Source: Lama guanicoe (Eukaryota). Taken from it: DNA of 64,000 nt. The translations under genes were made by a program, and so were the position numbers. Numbering within the stretch: position 1 is the first letter of the stretch; the number at the start of each line of letters is the position of its first letter. This document shows, one piece after another, positions 14,561-27,884 of this stretch. Location of the stretch: positions 16,806,029 to 16,870,028 of the forward strand of contig MU054323.1 in NCBI GenBank assembly GCA_013239625.1, written 5' to 3'. Under the pieces are notes generated by a model. The model was given only the letters and a program-made list of their open reading frames with translations. It made no database searches and was not told where the DNA came from.

Positions 14561-14589
14561 TATTTGAGCAGGATAAAAGGAGTGCTAAT

Positions 14590-15590
14590 AATAAAGAGGA
14601 AAAAAATGAATATTTGGATTACATTAAAATTCATAGTTCTGTTCATCCAAAAAACACCATTAAGAGAATGGAAAGCAAACCACAGAATAGTTAAAAATAT
14701 CTAAAAAAAGAATCATCTCCAGTATATATAAGGGACTAGAATAAATCAATATAAAAAAACAAACCAATGGAAAAATGGACAGAAAGACATGAACAGGTAC
14801 TTCATAGGATGATTTGCAAATGGGCAATAAACATGAAAAGTTGCTTCACTTCATTAGTCACTAGGGAAATGTAAATTAAAACAATAATGAGATAACATTG
14901 AACACCAGAAATAACTAAAATGAAAAAAAAAAAAGAAGCAATACCAAATAGTGGCAAAAATGTGGACCAATTGGTTTTTCATGCATTGCTGGTAGAAAGG
15001 TCAATTGGTATAGCCGCTCTAGAAAACTGTTCAGCAATATCTACTAAAAATGAACACGTATCCATGACCTAGCAATTCCATTCCCAAGCATGAACACAAG
15101 TGAAAAGCATATGTCCACCAAAAACTTACAAGAATGTTCAAAGCAACATTATTCATAACAGCTTGAAACTGGAAACTACTCAAACGTCTATTAACAACAG
15201 AATGGATTTTAACAATTACAGTATATTTGCATAATGGAATATGATTTATTAATGAGAATGGATAAACTATCTCTACATGGAACAACTTGGAATGATATTA
15301 TAAACATGAGGTTGAGTGAAAAAGGACAGTCACAGAACACATAAATATGATTCCATTTAAGTTCAAAAACAGAAAAAACCAATCTATTGTGTTAAAAATC
15401 AGCATAGTGGGTATTTTGGGATGGCTATTTGTGGTAATGACTAGAAGAAGGGAGGAGGGGTGTATCCGGGGTGCTGATAATATTCTGTTTCTTGATCTTG
15501 GTGCTGGTTACAAGGGTGTGTTCCTGTTGTGAAAATTCCTTGAACTTGAACAGATTTCTCTGTACATTAATAAAAAATACATTCCTAATA
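14590..15590 (+). mobile_element. LINE-1 3' end (L1ME-like)
   Basis: 'attagtcactagggaaatgtaaattaaaacaataatgagata', 'gaatgttcaaagcaacattattcataacagc', 'ggtgctgataatattctgtttcttgatcttggtgctggttaca'. Confidence 0.8.
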
Positions 15591-15929
15591 AAAGCAAGTT
15601 TACAGGTTAGATGATGCAGTCAGAACTAGAAATGATGGTTTTGGTGGAAATGCAGACGTAAAATAAGCAGGAAATGTCTATGTTAGTAGTTGACAGGATG
15701 TTACTGGAGATAATTATATTTGTGTCATTCATTTCCATAGTCCTAGATAATGATAAAGAGAAATGAGGGAGAGGACTAAAGAAAGAATCTTATGCAATGT
15801 TTACCCATCGGTGTTAGAAGGAGAAAAATAGAGAAGAAAACAAAGAGAGAGAAAAGGATCAGGAGATGCATGCACGTAAGCGACACAGAAGAATCCGTGG
15901 GGAGAAAATCGTTAGAAGGATAGCACATT

Positions 15930-17545
15930 TCTCTCTTCAGAAACCATGGGGGCCAGAAGAAAGCGTTACAATATTGCTCAGGTGCAGAACAAACAGAACT
16001 GTCAGCTCAGAATTCTAGACCCAGTGAAAATGTCTTTCAGGAATGAAGGGAAAAGTAAGACATTCTCAGATGAAGGAAAACAGAATTTACTGCTGAAATA
16101 TCTATCTTAATGGATGGAAAAGGAAGTTTTCTAAACAGAAGGGGAATAGAAAAAAGGAAACTTGGAACATTAGGAAGGCAGACAGAACTCTATAAGCAGA
16201 AGTGTAGGTAACTATAATAGGTTTTCCTTCTTTTGAGTTTTCTAAATTGTTCGATATTTGAGAAAAATTATGACACGGATGAGATTCTAAATGTGCATGC
16301 AAGAGATATTTAGGACAATTATATTAGAAGCAGGTAAAGGGGCATAAATGGAAGTAAAGTTTCAATATTTCACTCAAACTGGTAGGATGACACCAGTGGC
16401 CTGTGATGAGCTATGTGTATATATAATGTAATGCCTAGAACAGGCTACTTAAAAAGTCCTACAAAGAGATATACTTAAAAACACTATAGATGAATCAGTA
16501 CGGAATTCTTTAAAACACTCAGGTAACTAATAATAATGCAGGAAAATGAAAACAAAGAAATGAAAAACAGAAAACAAAAAAAGGCACATTTAAGCCTTTA
16601 TACATCATTAATTACATGAAATATAAATGGTTTAAATACACCAATTAAAAGAGATTGGTGGAGTACATTTAAAAAACATGACCCAACTATACTCTGTCTA
16701 CAAGAAACTCATTTCAGGTATCACATCAGCAGGCTGAAAGTAAACCACACTTGAGATGTCACTACACAACTATCAGAATGGCTAAAATAAAAAATAATGA
16801 TGATGCCAATGGCTGGCAAGCCTGTGGAGAAACTGTATCAGTCAGACTCTTGTGGTGGGAACATAAAATGGTACAGCCTCTCTGGAAAATAATTCAACAG
16901 TTTTTAAGAAACTAAACACTTAGTTTTCCTATAAAACTAATCTATCATAAAATTCAGCAATTGCACTCTTGGGCATTTATCCCAAAGCAATGAAGACTTA
17001 TGTTCATACAAAGGCCTGTATACAAATGTTTATAGTAGCTTTATTCACAATAGCCCCAAACTGGAAATAACTCAGATGTCCTTCAATAGATGACTGCTTA
17101 AAAAAATTTAAAAAAAAAAACCTGTAGTATAGTCATATGATGGAATACTACTCAGCCATAAAAAAGAATAAACTATTGATACGCACAACAACCTGGATGA
17201 GCTCCAGAGAAATATAAAAAGTTACATACCATGTGATTTCATTTATATACCATTCCAAAATGACAAAATTACAGAAATGGTGAACAAATTAGTGGTTGCC
17301 TAGGGTTAAGGAGGGGGTGAGGGTGAGAGGGAAGTGTGTGTGGCTTATAAAAAGGGACAACACGAGGGATCCTTGTGATGATGGAGATGCTCTTGACTGT
17401 ATCAGTGTCAATTTCCTGGTAATAGGATTACATTATAGTTTTCAAGATGTTACCTTTGGGAGAAATTGAGTAAGGGGCACATGAGATCTCTCAGTATTAT
17501 TTCTTACAAGTGCATGTGAATCAGTAATTGTCTTAAAATAAAACC
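15930..17545 (+). mobile_element. Internally deleted LINE-1 (L1MC/MD-like): ORF1 end, ORF2 start and 3' UTR
   Basis: 'aagacattctcagatgaaggaaaa', 'gacccaactatactctgtctacaagaaactca', 3' end 'gatgttacctttgggagaaattgagtaagggg...ttcttacaagtgcatgtgaatc...aaataaaa'. Confidence 0.8.
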
Positions 17546-18163
17546 CATTTTTTATGTCACACTCTTTTTTGTAACAAACCCTCGATACTGAGAACAATAT
17601 GTCCAAATCTTCAGGAATCCACAAATATCAGAAAATGGATGTGCTCCTACAGGCCTTCTCCCCCATCACACTTCCTCTAGAATCACAGATCTCCTGGAAC
17701 GTCCTCAGTTCACCTCACCACATTTTCAACTTTTGCTAGAGTTTTACCCCTCCCTTAATGTTCACTTCCACAGAGCCAACCTTATTTCCCCAGAGTCACT
17801 GCACCCAGGGCCAAATGAAGAGCCATGGTGCTGCTTCAAGGGGCAGCAGATGCCAGGTGCTGGGCTGCTCAAATCTGGGCTGGGCAGGGCATGCCAGTCA
17901 CTTTCTTTGTTCTCGCTCTCTTTTTTTTTTTAAATGAGAAAAAGGAGTCATTGATATCTATTCAGATGTGCCAAAAACATATATGATGCCAGGTAGGAAT
18001 TATTCATAAGTGAAGATAATGAAGGCCTTCTGTTTACGACACGCTTCTCTTGATTGGAGGCCTGTTTGAGTATTTCAGTGTAGCGCTACAGTCTAGATCT
18101 TCATCTCACTCCATTCAACCTGTAAGTTAAACACGAATCGCTCCTTACGTTTACCCAAGGCGT

Positions 18164-18397
18164 TGTCTTAGCCCGGGCTGCTAGAACAAGTATACCATAG
18201 GCTGGGCACTTATTCACCAAAGGAATTTATTTCTCACAGTTCTAGAGACTGGAATTCTAAGATCATGGTGCCAGAGGGGTTTGGTTCCGGTGAGAGCCCA
18301 TTTCCTGGGTTATAAACAGCTGTATTCTCACTGTAACTTCCAGAAGGTAGAAGGGGCTAGAGAGCTCTCTGGGATCTCTTTGATAAGGGCACTCATC
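18164..18397 (-). mobile_element. Partial MaLR LTR (MLT1A-like)
   Basis: 'tgtcttagcccgggctgctagaacaagtataccataggctggg...atttatttctcacagttctagagactggaattctaagatcatggtgccag'. Confidence 0.75.
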
Positions 18398-19913
18398 TCA
18401 GTGGCTTTCTTGATGAGTATTTTTATAAAAGAAAAACCAGGATTTGCACCTTGCTGCTCACAGACCCTCAGCACGGCGTCGGAGGGGTGAGACTTGCTGG
18501 CGGCAATAGGGGAAAAAAATGAATGATTCTTCCTATGGACTCACACTCACTCGGGCGGGGGTCCTGGGCAGGAGGAGGCCCAGAGAGGCTGCTCGGCGGG
18601 TACCTGGTGCAGCTGTGCTTGGGGCCCCGGGGCTGACGCCGAGGGCCGTCTGAGCACCTCCCCAGATGAAGTCCCAGCTGGATGCCGGAGCTGTTTTTTT
18701 AACCTTAACAAGATCTGTCATTAAACGTTACTGGAGCCTGACTTTGCCTCTTTCCCTCCGAGCCTTGCTGATGGAGGTCAAAGGTCACATCAGTCTTCAA
18801 CACAGGCTCCTGGGCCTCCGGCTTTTGTTTGCCAGACCGCATAGTGATGATGAGCAAGCAGCCTCTGGGTCCAGGGAAGACACAAGAAACCAGCGAACCA
18901 TGGTCTTTAACGAACGGGGCCCCTCCGAGGCCAGCCGGCAACAACCACTTATGATATTTACAGCTTTCTGTCCGTGCAGATTAAACACAGGGAACGAAAA
19001 ATGGAACTCCTTTGTCCAGTAAACTTATGTCATTCCTTGTTAAGACAAATTGAGAACAAACCTAGATTTTGATGGGAAACAACTTTTGCTTCTAATGATA
19101 GTCCTGGAGGAGGATGGGAGCGTTCCTGGGGACAAGGACATCTTGTACAATATTTGTATTAAGTGGCAGTGCTTTCTGATAATTTCATAAACACTTTAGC
19201 TGTATTGTTTTCTAGCAACAGAATATAGTCTGGCCAAGGGCAATATTTCTCACTTGTTCGTTGGCAATTAGTGCTGTAAACAGATACCTTGTGGGTGCAT
19301 TCCTCAGCAAAGAATCAACACCAAAGCAGCAAGAGCTTGGCAGCCTGGGTTATCACTTTTGTTTGAACTATGGACATTTTTGTAAAGATTCATCAGCACT
19401 TTGGGTGCCGAGCTTAAGGGAAGTGTTCTGTTCACTGTCCTTGCAATCTGAGAACCATGGTTTAAGGGCAATAGATTTTGGAAGAGAAACTTTTTCTTTT
19501 TTTTTCAAAAAAGACGTATGTGTGAGCCCAGTATGTTGATTTAAATTCAGAAATGCTCTGATTCAAACCAAGTAGGAAACTAGAGCTCACTTGATCAGCA
19601 ACTCTCCTTCTCACGCCCACCCAACCCACTGCCCCCATCCACGGTGTCCCTGGACGAGGCTCGGCAAAGCATAGCTGGAAAACCACAGGTCTGTCAAGTG
19701 TGTCTGGAATGGTTGCCAGAAGACCTCGATGGAGGCGAGAACTTCTGCAAAGCTGTGTGAAACTGGGGACGCTCCATGGTCTCACTGTCTGGCTTTCTCG
19801 TCTGGTAGATATGAAATGCCTTATTCCACCTGCTCAGTGGAGCTGCAATCAATTCAGAATAGAGAGGGAAATCTGCCCATAAGCCCATGGCACCCCACCA
19901 CTGCCCATAATAG

Positions 19914-20072
19914 TTTTCCAAAATAACTTTATTGAGATATAACTCACATATCATATAATTCACTCATTGAAAGAACACAACTCCACGGTTTTAGTATATT
20001 CAAAGTTTTACAACCATCACTACAGCCAGTATTAAAACATTTTCATCACTCCTGAAAGAAACCCTCATTAGC
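19914..20072 (-). mobile_element. LINE-1 3' terminus (L1MB-like)
   Basis: 'aactttattgagatataactcacatatcatataattcactca...caaccatcactaca...acattttcatcactcctgaaagaaaccc'. Confidence 0.8.
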
Positions 20073-20669
20073 CGACCCAGCAAACCCTACACCCATTTCC
20101 TGAGAGGCTGCGTGGTTTGAGACAACTGAGTGTCTGTGGGTCTGCGTGCAACAGCATCCTGGGACCTTCTCCGTGCCATCCCAGCCCAACTCAGCAGGCA
20201 GGGCTGTGCGTGCAAAATTGCATGAAATTGTAAGAGCCTGGGGTTCAGGGGCAACCTCCCTCCTTATCTGGAGACTCTGGTAGAGGTGTCTCCTTCCAGG
20301 GAAAGACTGGATGCAAATAAGGACTCACATTTCTCTTTTCAAAATGAAGGACTCCAGAAACAGCATGTGTATTGGCACACATCTGCTATGAGCCAGCATC
20401 TGCTTTGTGCAACATATTGTTAATGAACTGAAAAGGATCCTGCTGCTCTTGATTTGAGGGCACAGGAAGCAAAGTGAGGAATTTATTTTCTCCTTAGTTA
20501 TTTTTTCAGCAAATCCATATTGAGCACCTCCCCTGTGCAAAACAGAAAAGAAAACTAGAATTAAGTTATGGTCTGTTTTCTCTAGACAATGTGGGGGAAA
20601 AGGCCACGAGGTTGAGGAACTATATACTGTTGATGTGCCTCATGCGTGTTGAGCACTCAGCAGGGGAAC

Positions 20670-21310
20670 TTATAGTCTGAAAATTACAAAACATTGTTGA
20701 AAGAATTTATAAGATCTAAATCAATGAGAAAACATTCGTGTTTAGGGACTGGAAGATTTAATATGGTTAAGATGGCAGTACTCCCCTAAATGATCTACAG
20801 ATTCAATGCAATCTCTATCAGAATCCCAGCTGAATACTAAAATTCGTAAGGAAACTCAAGGAAACCAGAATAGCCAAAACAATCTTAAAAGAGAAGGACG
20901 AATTTGGAAGGCTTACACATCCTGATTTTAAAATTCACTATCAAGGGTAATAATAAGAAAAATCAATACAGTGTGTTACTGGCAAAAGGACAGATCTATC
21001 AGTCAATGAAATAGAATTGCGAGTTCAGAATTAAACCCATATATCTACATAAAAACTGGTACATGAATGTGTACAGTGGCATTATTCATAATATGAAAAG
21101 GTGGAAACAACCCAAATGTCCACCAACTGATGAATGGATAAATAAAATGTGCACCATTCAGTGGAGTTTTATTTGACCATAAGAAAGAAAGAAGTACTAA
21201 TACATACTAGATGAATCTTGAAAACAATATGCCAAGTGAAAGAGAGCAGTCACTAAAAAAAAAAAAAAAAATATATAAATATATATATANNNNNNNNNNN
21301 NNNNNNNCAG

Positions 21311-21363
<53 letters not shown>

Positions 21364-21610
21364 TCCACTTATATGAACTGTCCAGAATAAACAAATATAT
21401 AGAGACTGAAGTAGCTGAGCTTAGGGCCAAGGGGGATGGGGATGATGGAGGATGATAGTTAGTGGGTATGGAATTTCTTTTTGAGTTGATGAAATGTTCT
21501 GAAATTGATTATGGTAATGGTTGCAGAACTCTGTGAATATACTAAAACTATTGAATTATACCCTTTATTGAGCCTATGAATTATATCTCAATAAAGCTGT
21601 AAGGAAAAAC
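20670..21610 (+). mobile_element. LINE-1 ORF2 fragment joined to 3' UTR (L1MB-like); spans an N gap
   Basis: 'gatctacagattcaatgcaatctctatcagaatcccagctg', 'ggaaacaacccaaatgtccaccaactgatgaatggataaa', terminal 'gaattatatctcaataaagctgt'. Confidence 0.85.
21290..21307. other. Assembly gap (18 N)
   Basis: Run of N flanked on both sides by poly-A plus (AT)n. Confidence 0.99.
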
Positions 21611-22869
21611 CCAGATATAAACATTCCTTGCTCTTTTTTTAAAAGTGGCTTCAAACTGCATCCAGCTAAACTGTACACTAGGCATCCTTATATCCCACAG
21701 AAGGACAGAAGTGCATGACTGACTTCTCCTGGTTTCTGTTCCTATAAAAGAGGTGAACAGAGTGTTTGCACTGTCCCTGACTTCAATACCCAGAGTCCTA
21801 CCCATGGTCTATCCATCATATTCAGTGGATTCCTGGGAGGGTGTGTTGTCCTGGATGAAGAATGTGATAGGATATTTTTGAGGCTTATCAAAGACTGCTG
21901 TTCCCAACACCACTGCTTGGTACAGAACTCCGAGGGAAGGAGACGGGAAATGCTAATGGGGCTCAAGGTACTTCCAAGGAGGAAACTGACCAAAACTTAC
22001 ATCTTCTCCTTCAAAAAGATCAGTTATTAGAGTCTGTGTAATACAGTGAGTTTTAACAGAGGTTTTCAGGCAAGAAAGGACACCAAAAAGAATCTCATCA
22101 GGGAGGAAAGGAATATGTAGAACAGAGACTGTCCCAGGGGCAGCTCTTGATTGGGGTGAGGCTGGGTGCTAGTGGAACCGTCCAGGTGCCCCTCACGGCC
22201 CCAAGACAGGAGCAGGCAGAATGGTAAAGAACACCCAGGGGCGTGGGCCTATAAGGTAGAGGGACTCTTGGGAGGGAGAGTCTGGGATTCCTGCCCAGAA
22301 TACACAGAAGTATACTATGCAGAATGGTGTGACTAAGACACAGCTCTGTTTGCTGGTTTAGGATACTGAGATCTCATATGTAGGGAAAACTCTGCCAGCA
22401 GACAATTCTCCAATGCCAATTTTAATAAGATGTTACTTGCTAATTATGTAAAGGTGATTATCTTCAGCTAAAGACAGATTAGTGGAAGCAGCATGAAATA
22501 GGTATCTAACTTCATTATTTCTGGGACAGAAATTAGAAATGGAATTAAAAGTTGTTTGTTTGGTTTTTTTTCAAATGTGGTCATTACCACGGCCACTGCA
22601 GTTGTTACTGAGCTGTAGCAAGTCAGCACACAGACAGGACACCCACACTGTGTGGACCCCCAACATGAATCCAGTTCTGTCTACTTCAAGAGAGATTCTT
22701 TTGCATGTTGCATGATCTGTTCTCAAATTTCTCATATGATTACTCAGTTCACTCTCTACTTTTCTCCTTTCAAATTCCCAAGAAACCTATATTTGAAATC
22801 TTCATTTGACCTCATGGTCATAAACACAAACACCAACACTGAACAGAATCATATGAAGATCTTCTAGAG

Positions 22870-23092
22870 TAAAGGTAGTGAACTCTTTCTGTAAAGTGCC
22901 AGATGATAAATATTTTAGGTGTCATGGGCCATACACTTTCTTCACCATTTTCAACTGCACCACTGTAGCATGAAAGCAGCCATACACATTACATAAACAC
23001 GTGAGCACAGCTGTGGGTCAATAAAATCTGTTATACAAATAAACAGGTGGTGGGCTGGACTTAGTCCGTGGGCCATAATTTACCAAGCTTTG
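22870..23092 (+). mobile_element. hAT-Charlie MITE (MER58A-like) with 8-bp TSD
   Basis: 'ttctgtaaagtgccagatgataaatattttagg...gggccata...gggccataatttacc'; flanks TTCTAGAG (22862-22869) and TTCTAGAA (23093-23100) fit the hAT target NTCTAGAN. Confidence 0.88.
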
Positions 23093-23444
23093 TTCTAGAA
23101 TATCTTTAAATTATCCTAAATTTTACTTTATAATTAAAATGCAAACATAAATTTTTAAAGTGTTCTTAGAGAACTCTTGAACTCTTGAGAATGTGGATCT
23201 ATGGACTTGTCTGAGGGGAAAAAAAAAGTTGCCTAAGGAAGCCAGAGTATAAACACACAGATCAAGAATGGGAACCTCGACTCAGTCTGAAAGGCAAAGT
23301 ATACACCATAAAAATTGACCTCAGATGGTCCGAGGACAGAGGCTTGGGTCGGCTGTGCCTATATCCCATGTTAGATTTAGTGTAATGTCTTAGCATCAGA
23401 TAGTGCTCAATAAATGACCATTAAATGAATCAAGTAAAAATCAA

Positions 23445-24460
23445 TAGAAGACTTCTGGCTCAAACTCTGACATTGAAGAAGCTTGGAAGTTACCATTCCT
23501 GTACTCACAATAAGAAAAAAAAGCTAAGCAAATTGAACATCAAAACTTTTCTTGGCAACATTAGAGAATTTAATTCACAGGGCAAACCTCCATCTGGAAA
23601 TCTGGACAGACAGGTGCATGTGGAAAACCAAAGCTAAGATCAGCTTACCTGAAGCAGAAGCCACTAGTGCCAGTAAGTAGCAGGAACTCTTTAATGGCAA
23701 TTTTGAAGAATTAATAGAAGCTGAGTGTGGACCACTTGCAATTTAAAAACCCCAGTGGCCAAGGTGGTGGGAGGGGCATTTTGGGGGAAAAGGAGGGTAG
23801 GCTACATTTTCATGGTTTTTACCTCAAGGATCTCTACCAGGTTCTCCCAGTAAAGACTGAAGGACAATCCCCTCTTGTTTCCAGCAGAGGGAGGAGGGAA
23901 GTAACCACTTTTTAAATGTACTAGGGGAAAAGTAATGATTTTGACATATGTCCAGAGTACTCTCCATAAGAAAAGCCTGTACTCTAAGGGAAATTATTTT
24001 TACCAGAGCCTTATCTGACCCAGGAGAAGGACAATTAGCCAAGTCTAAGCCCCTCTAGTCTTCTTGTCTCACATAAGGGGAGAGAAAAGGTTAAGGAATG
24101 TTTCTGAAGGTCACAGCACAGGAACTCAGGCCCATTAAAAAGCTGAGATTTAATCACAAGATTATAGAACACCTCCCCTCCCCCATATCCAACTATCACC
24201 TCGACAGGGCTCCAGTACACTAACCGTGGTATACAACGGAGAGCTCTGAGACACAGATTCTATGTAAGAAGTGTTTGGAGAGACACAAAAACAACAGGAG
24301 GAGGGGGAGAAAATACAGAAACCAGAGGAAAATGAAGCCTCTGGCACCTACAGCTGTAGAAGACATTAAACATAGCACAGCTCAAGCTAAGAACCTAATT
24401 ACCTCAATTTCTTAACCTAATACATCATGTCCAGCCTTCAACAAGAAAATAAATAGCATG
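23445..24460 (+). mobile_element. Probable 5' region of an ancient L1 (L1M/L1MC-MD type)
   Basis: Resembles recalled old L1 5' ends ('gacttctggctc...gaagcttggaagttaccattcctgtactcacaa', 'gtactctaagggaaattattttaccagagcctta', 'catcatgtccagccttcaacaa'). Confidence 0.55.
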
Positions 24461-27400
24461 CTGTGCAGAAGTGTCTTTGGTGGCCCCAGAGGCCAGACCC
24501 AGTGGCTCTCATGATGGATTTCACTCAGTGGCAGCAACCCTTGACCACCGCTAACCACAGCCGGCTTTGTGATCCTGAGAGTTTTTAACACTTGTGAATT
24601 TCCTCTGCATTTCCTCCACAGTATGTTCCAAAGGGTGTTTCACAGAAAACTAGTCCCCCAGATATTTAGTAGGTGGATTTCCATGTTTAGATGCTTTTGA
24701 TAAATGCTAGACTGAACAATGAATAGCTCAATTGTTGATAGTGAACATCCCAAAGCCTTTATTATTCTGTGATAAAATGTGTGGCTCCAAAACAGAGTAT
24801 ACAGTACTTCCCAAATTTATTTGAGGAAAAAAAACACCCTCTCTACTTCAGTTGTTTGTTTTGGTGGGGGCAAGAGAATTTTATGGAATTGGTGTCATCA
24901 TTTTGTACACACTTTGAGAAGTATTACTCTGTCATACGTCACATCAGTGATTCATGGGCCATGATTTGTCTTGTTTGTCACTATGTCCCCTAGTATCTCC
25001 AGAACCAAGCACAGCAGCGAGTACACAGAAGGCTCTCAAATATTTGTTAAATAAGTGAATGAACGAATAAATTTTATTAAGATAATTGACTTAACAAAAC
25101 TCTACACCTTCTGTATCTCTTCTAGATTTTAGTTACACTTCCCTACAGGGAACATTCCAATTTGAACAATCCACATAGGTGTGAAAGAATGCAAAATATA
25201 CATCCTCTCACCAGGACTTTCTCTCTTGATCCCGGAGGGTCTGCCACTTGCAAATGAAACTCTCTTCCCAGCTGAGAGTTAGGGACAAATCAAGGAAGAT
25301 GGGCCCGTGGTTCATCTTACCCTCCCCCCCCCAAATGCAACTTGCTTCACATGAGTCAGTTGAGAATGGCTTCCAAAGAAAACAACCAATTGGATGATGT
25401 GAAGTAAATGCGTGACTGTCAGAGCAATAAAGCCTTGCCCTTTCCCCTGCTCCACCAAAAGTTTAGCAAGGACATGCTTTCCCCACATAGCCTGATAACA
25501 GCTGTCCCAGAGGATAGATTGCACATGGATTACAACTAACTGGGGTCAAGAAGAGACTGCCTACAGTTTTGTAATACAAGAGCACTTCTTGGGCTGAGAG
25601 AGTGCGTATTCCCTCAGATATCTCCCTGCCTCCAGGCTTAGCCCCTGTGACACTTGTTTCTACCTTCCATGGGCTTCTGTCATTGAACAACTAAAGAGCT
25701 ATTAGCTTCATTTCTTCTAAGGGCTGGAGCATTAGTCCCTCAAAAATACAAGAAAGGAAAAATTTGTTTGGCCAAAATTCAAGCATAAATTTTAAATCCA
25801 AATACTTGAAGTGGTCATGATGTCCACATGCTACAAAGATGCAACTTAAAAAAGAAACCTGGTGATTGTTGTACTATTTTATGCAGAATGCTGTTCAGTC
25901 TAGGGCCATTTCAAACTCTCAAAACTTTACACATGCAAGGAAAGCACACTGAAAGTGAAAGTCACTACGTTTACTCTTATTTCTAAGACTAGTTTCAATC
26001 TCCCTAGTTTTCAACACTCATGCCGTTGTCCAGACTACTAGATGCAGCCACAGCGAGGGATTTCCTAAGTCACATAGAGAACCTGGACTAAATTACTCCA
26101 GAGGGATGTGTGCCATTTCTAAGTTTGTGGCTTGCTTCACCGTGTTTAAAGCAAAGGTTATTAGACACTAATGCTGCACAGATTTTCTAAATAATCTATA
26201 TTGCCAATGGCAGAGCCAGATGTGAACCACATCAGGAGAGACATGCGTGACAGCGTTTTCCTAAAATGCCCGTGATGAATTATAATTTGCAAAGGGGAAA
26301 ATTGCAGCTGTGTGGTGCCAGGGTAATTTCCTCCAAATACCACTCTCATCAGGTCATTTTCTCGTCAGGGAGAGTCAGGGCTCTCTTGCGTGTGAAATCG
26401 AAAGACGTCAGTCGTCTGCCTGCCCTACTGTGAGACTAGCCAAAAGGATCCCTGCTTCCCAAGACGACCTCTTTATTCTCCTCCTATGTATTTTGATTGG
26501 GTGACTCCCTTTGGAATCCAAATTCAACTTCCATCAGAACCTGACTCAAACCTCATTATTTTCAAGGAGCCTTCCCTATCCAGCCTCTCTCCATGCCGAC
26601 TATCCTCCTGTATTTGGCATTCTCTGTAGTTATTTGTAAGTTGTCACTGTGACTGTTGGTGGGGCCACTGGAAAGCTTAGCATCAAATATGTGTCCCCCT
26701 TAAACCAAGTGTGTGAAACAGACTCCTTGGTGTGCATTTTCTGCACTTCCTCCTTTCCACTTTCTGTACCTTCCCAACTTTGATTTTGCTTTGCTTTTCC
26801 ATCACATCTAAGTTGTTACCTTGCTCTAATTTATCTATTTTTACATGTTATCTTAAATCCCTTCTGGATCAATGCAGAGAATCAATGTGATTTTTCAGAC
26901 CTCATTCATATGTGCTTTTCCCTTAGTACGTGTCCTCTCTGAGTGTTGTACCTCCCACTGCTTCATATGCTCCTCCGAGGAAAAAACTCTCTCAGAAGCA
27001 AGTTACTGTCTTCTGTTCTAGTTCTTGCAACTAACATTTTTTGTTCCTCATTTGATTAAAATACCATATGTACAAGACCATTTATATATATTATCTGAAT
27101 CCAGAATTATCATCCTTTGTGATATCCATGAAGAATCATATAATGAGAAAAATTAAATGGTTGGCCCAGTGTCACTCAGCTAATAAGGCAGAGCTAAGGC
27201 TCAAATCCAGGTCTACCTGACTCCCAGACCCTTGACTCCGCATCCCCTAAACATACCTAGCACCATAATAGGCACTCGGTGGTCTGTACTAACTGATTGT
27301 TAAAGTATGACCAGGGAAACTTGGTCCAGAATTGAATAAAACCCTGGAGGCAAAGCTATAGAAGGTTGAACTTGTAAAACTGAATTGTAAAAACAAATTG

Positions 27401-27884
27401 GCTTCATAAAAAGACTGAAGAGAACTTAAGTAGGTCTCTCTGGGAAACAAGTCAGATCTATGAAGGGAACCAGAACATGTAGGGTGTAGGGTGAACACAA
27501 CACTGAAAGAGATACCATGTGCTGATGTCCAGGTTTGGGATACAGAGAAAAGAGTGGATGGGGCACACTTGTTTGGGTTTAGGTCCAGGGCAATCTGATC
27601 CTGCTGTGCAACCATCATGACAATTTTAAGGATTCAGTGAGGGTAACCTTGGTGATTATCTCCTGAGGGAGGTCTGACAAAATGGGACAGACATACTTTT
27701 CACATCTGAAGCCAGAATACAGCATTTTTGTTCACTGAGAGCCTTCACACATGGTATCTTCTCTGTAGCACTTTCCCTAACCCCTCCTCTGTGCTTCATG
27801 TTTATGTAATATTTACCACATGGTGTTATACCAATGTGTCTGTCTTCCCCACTAGAGGACCACAGTACAATCTTTTGTAAACAT

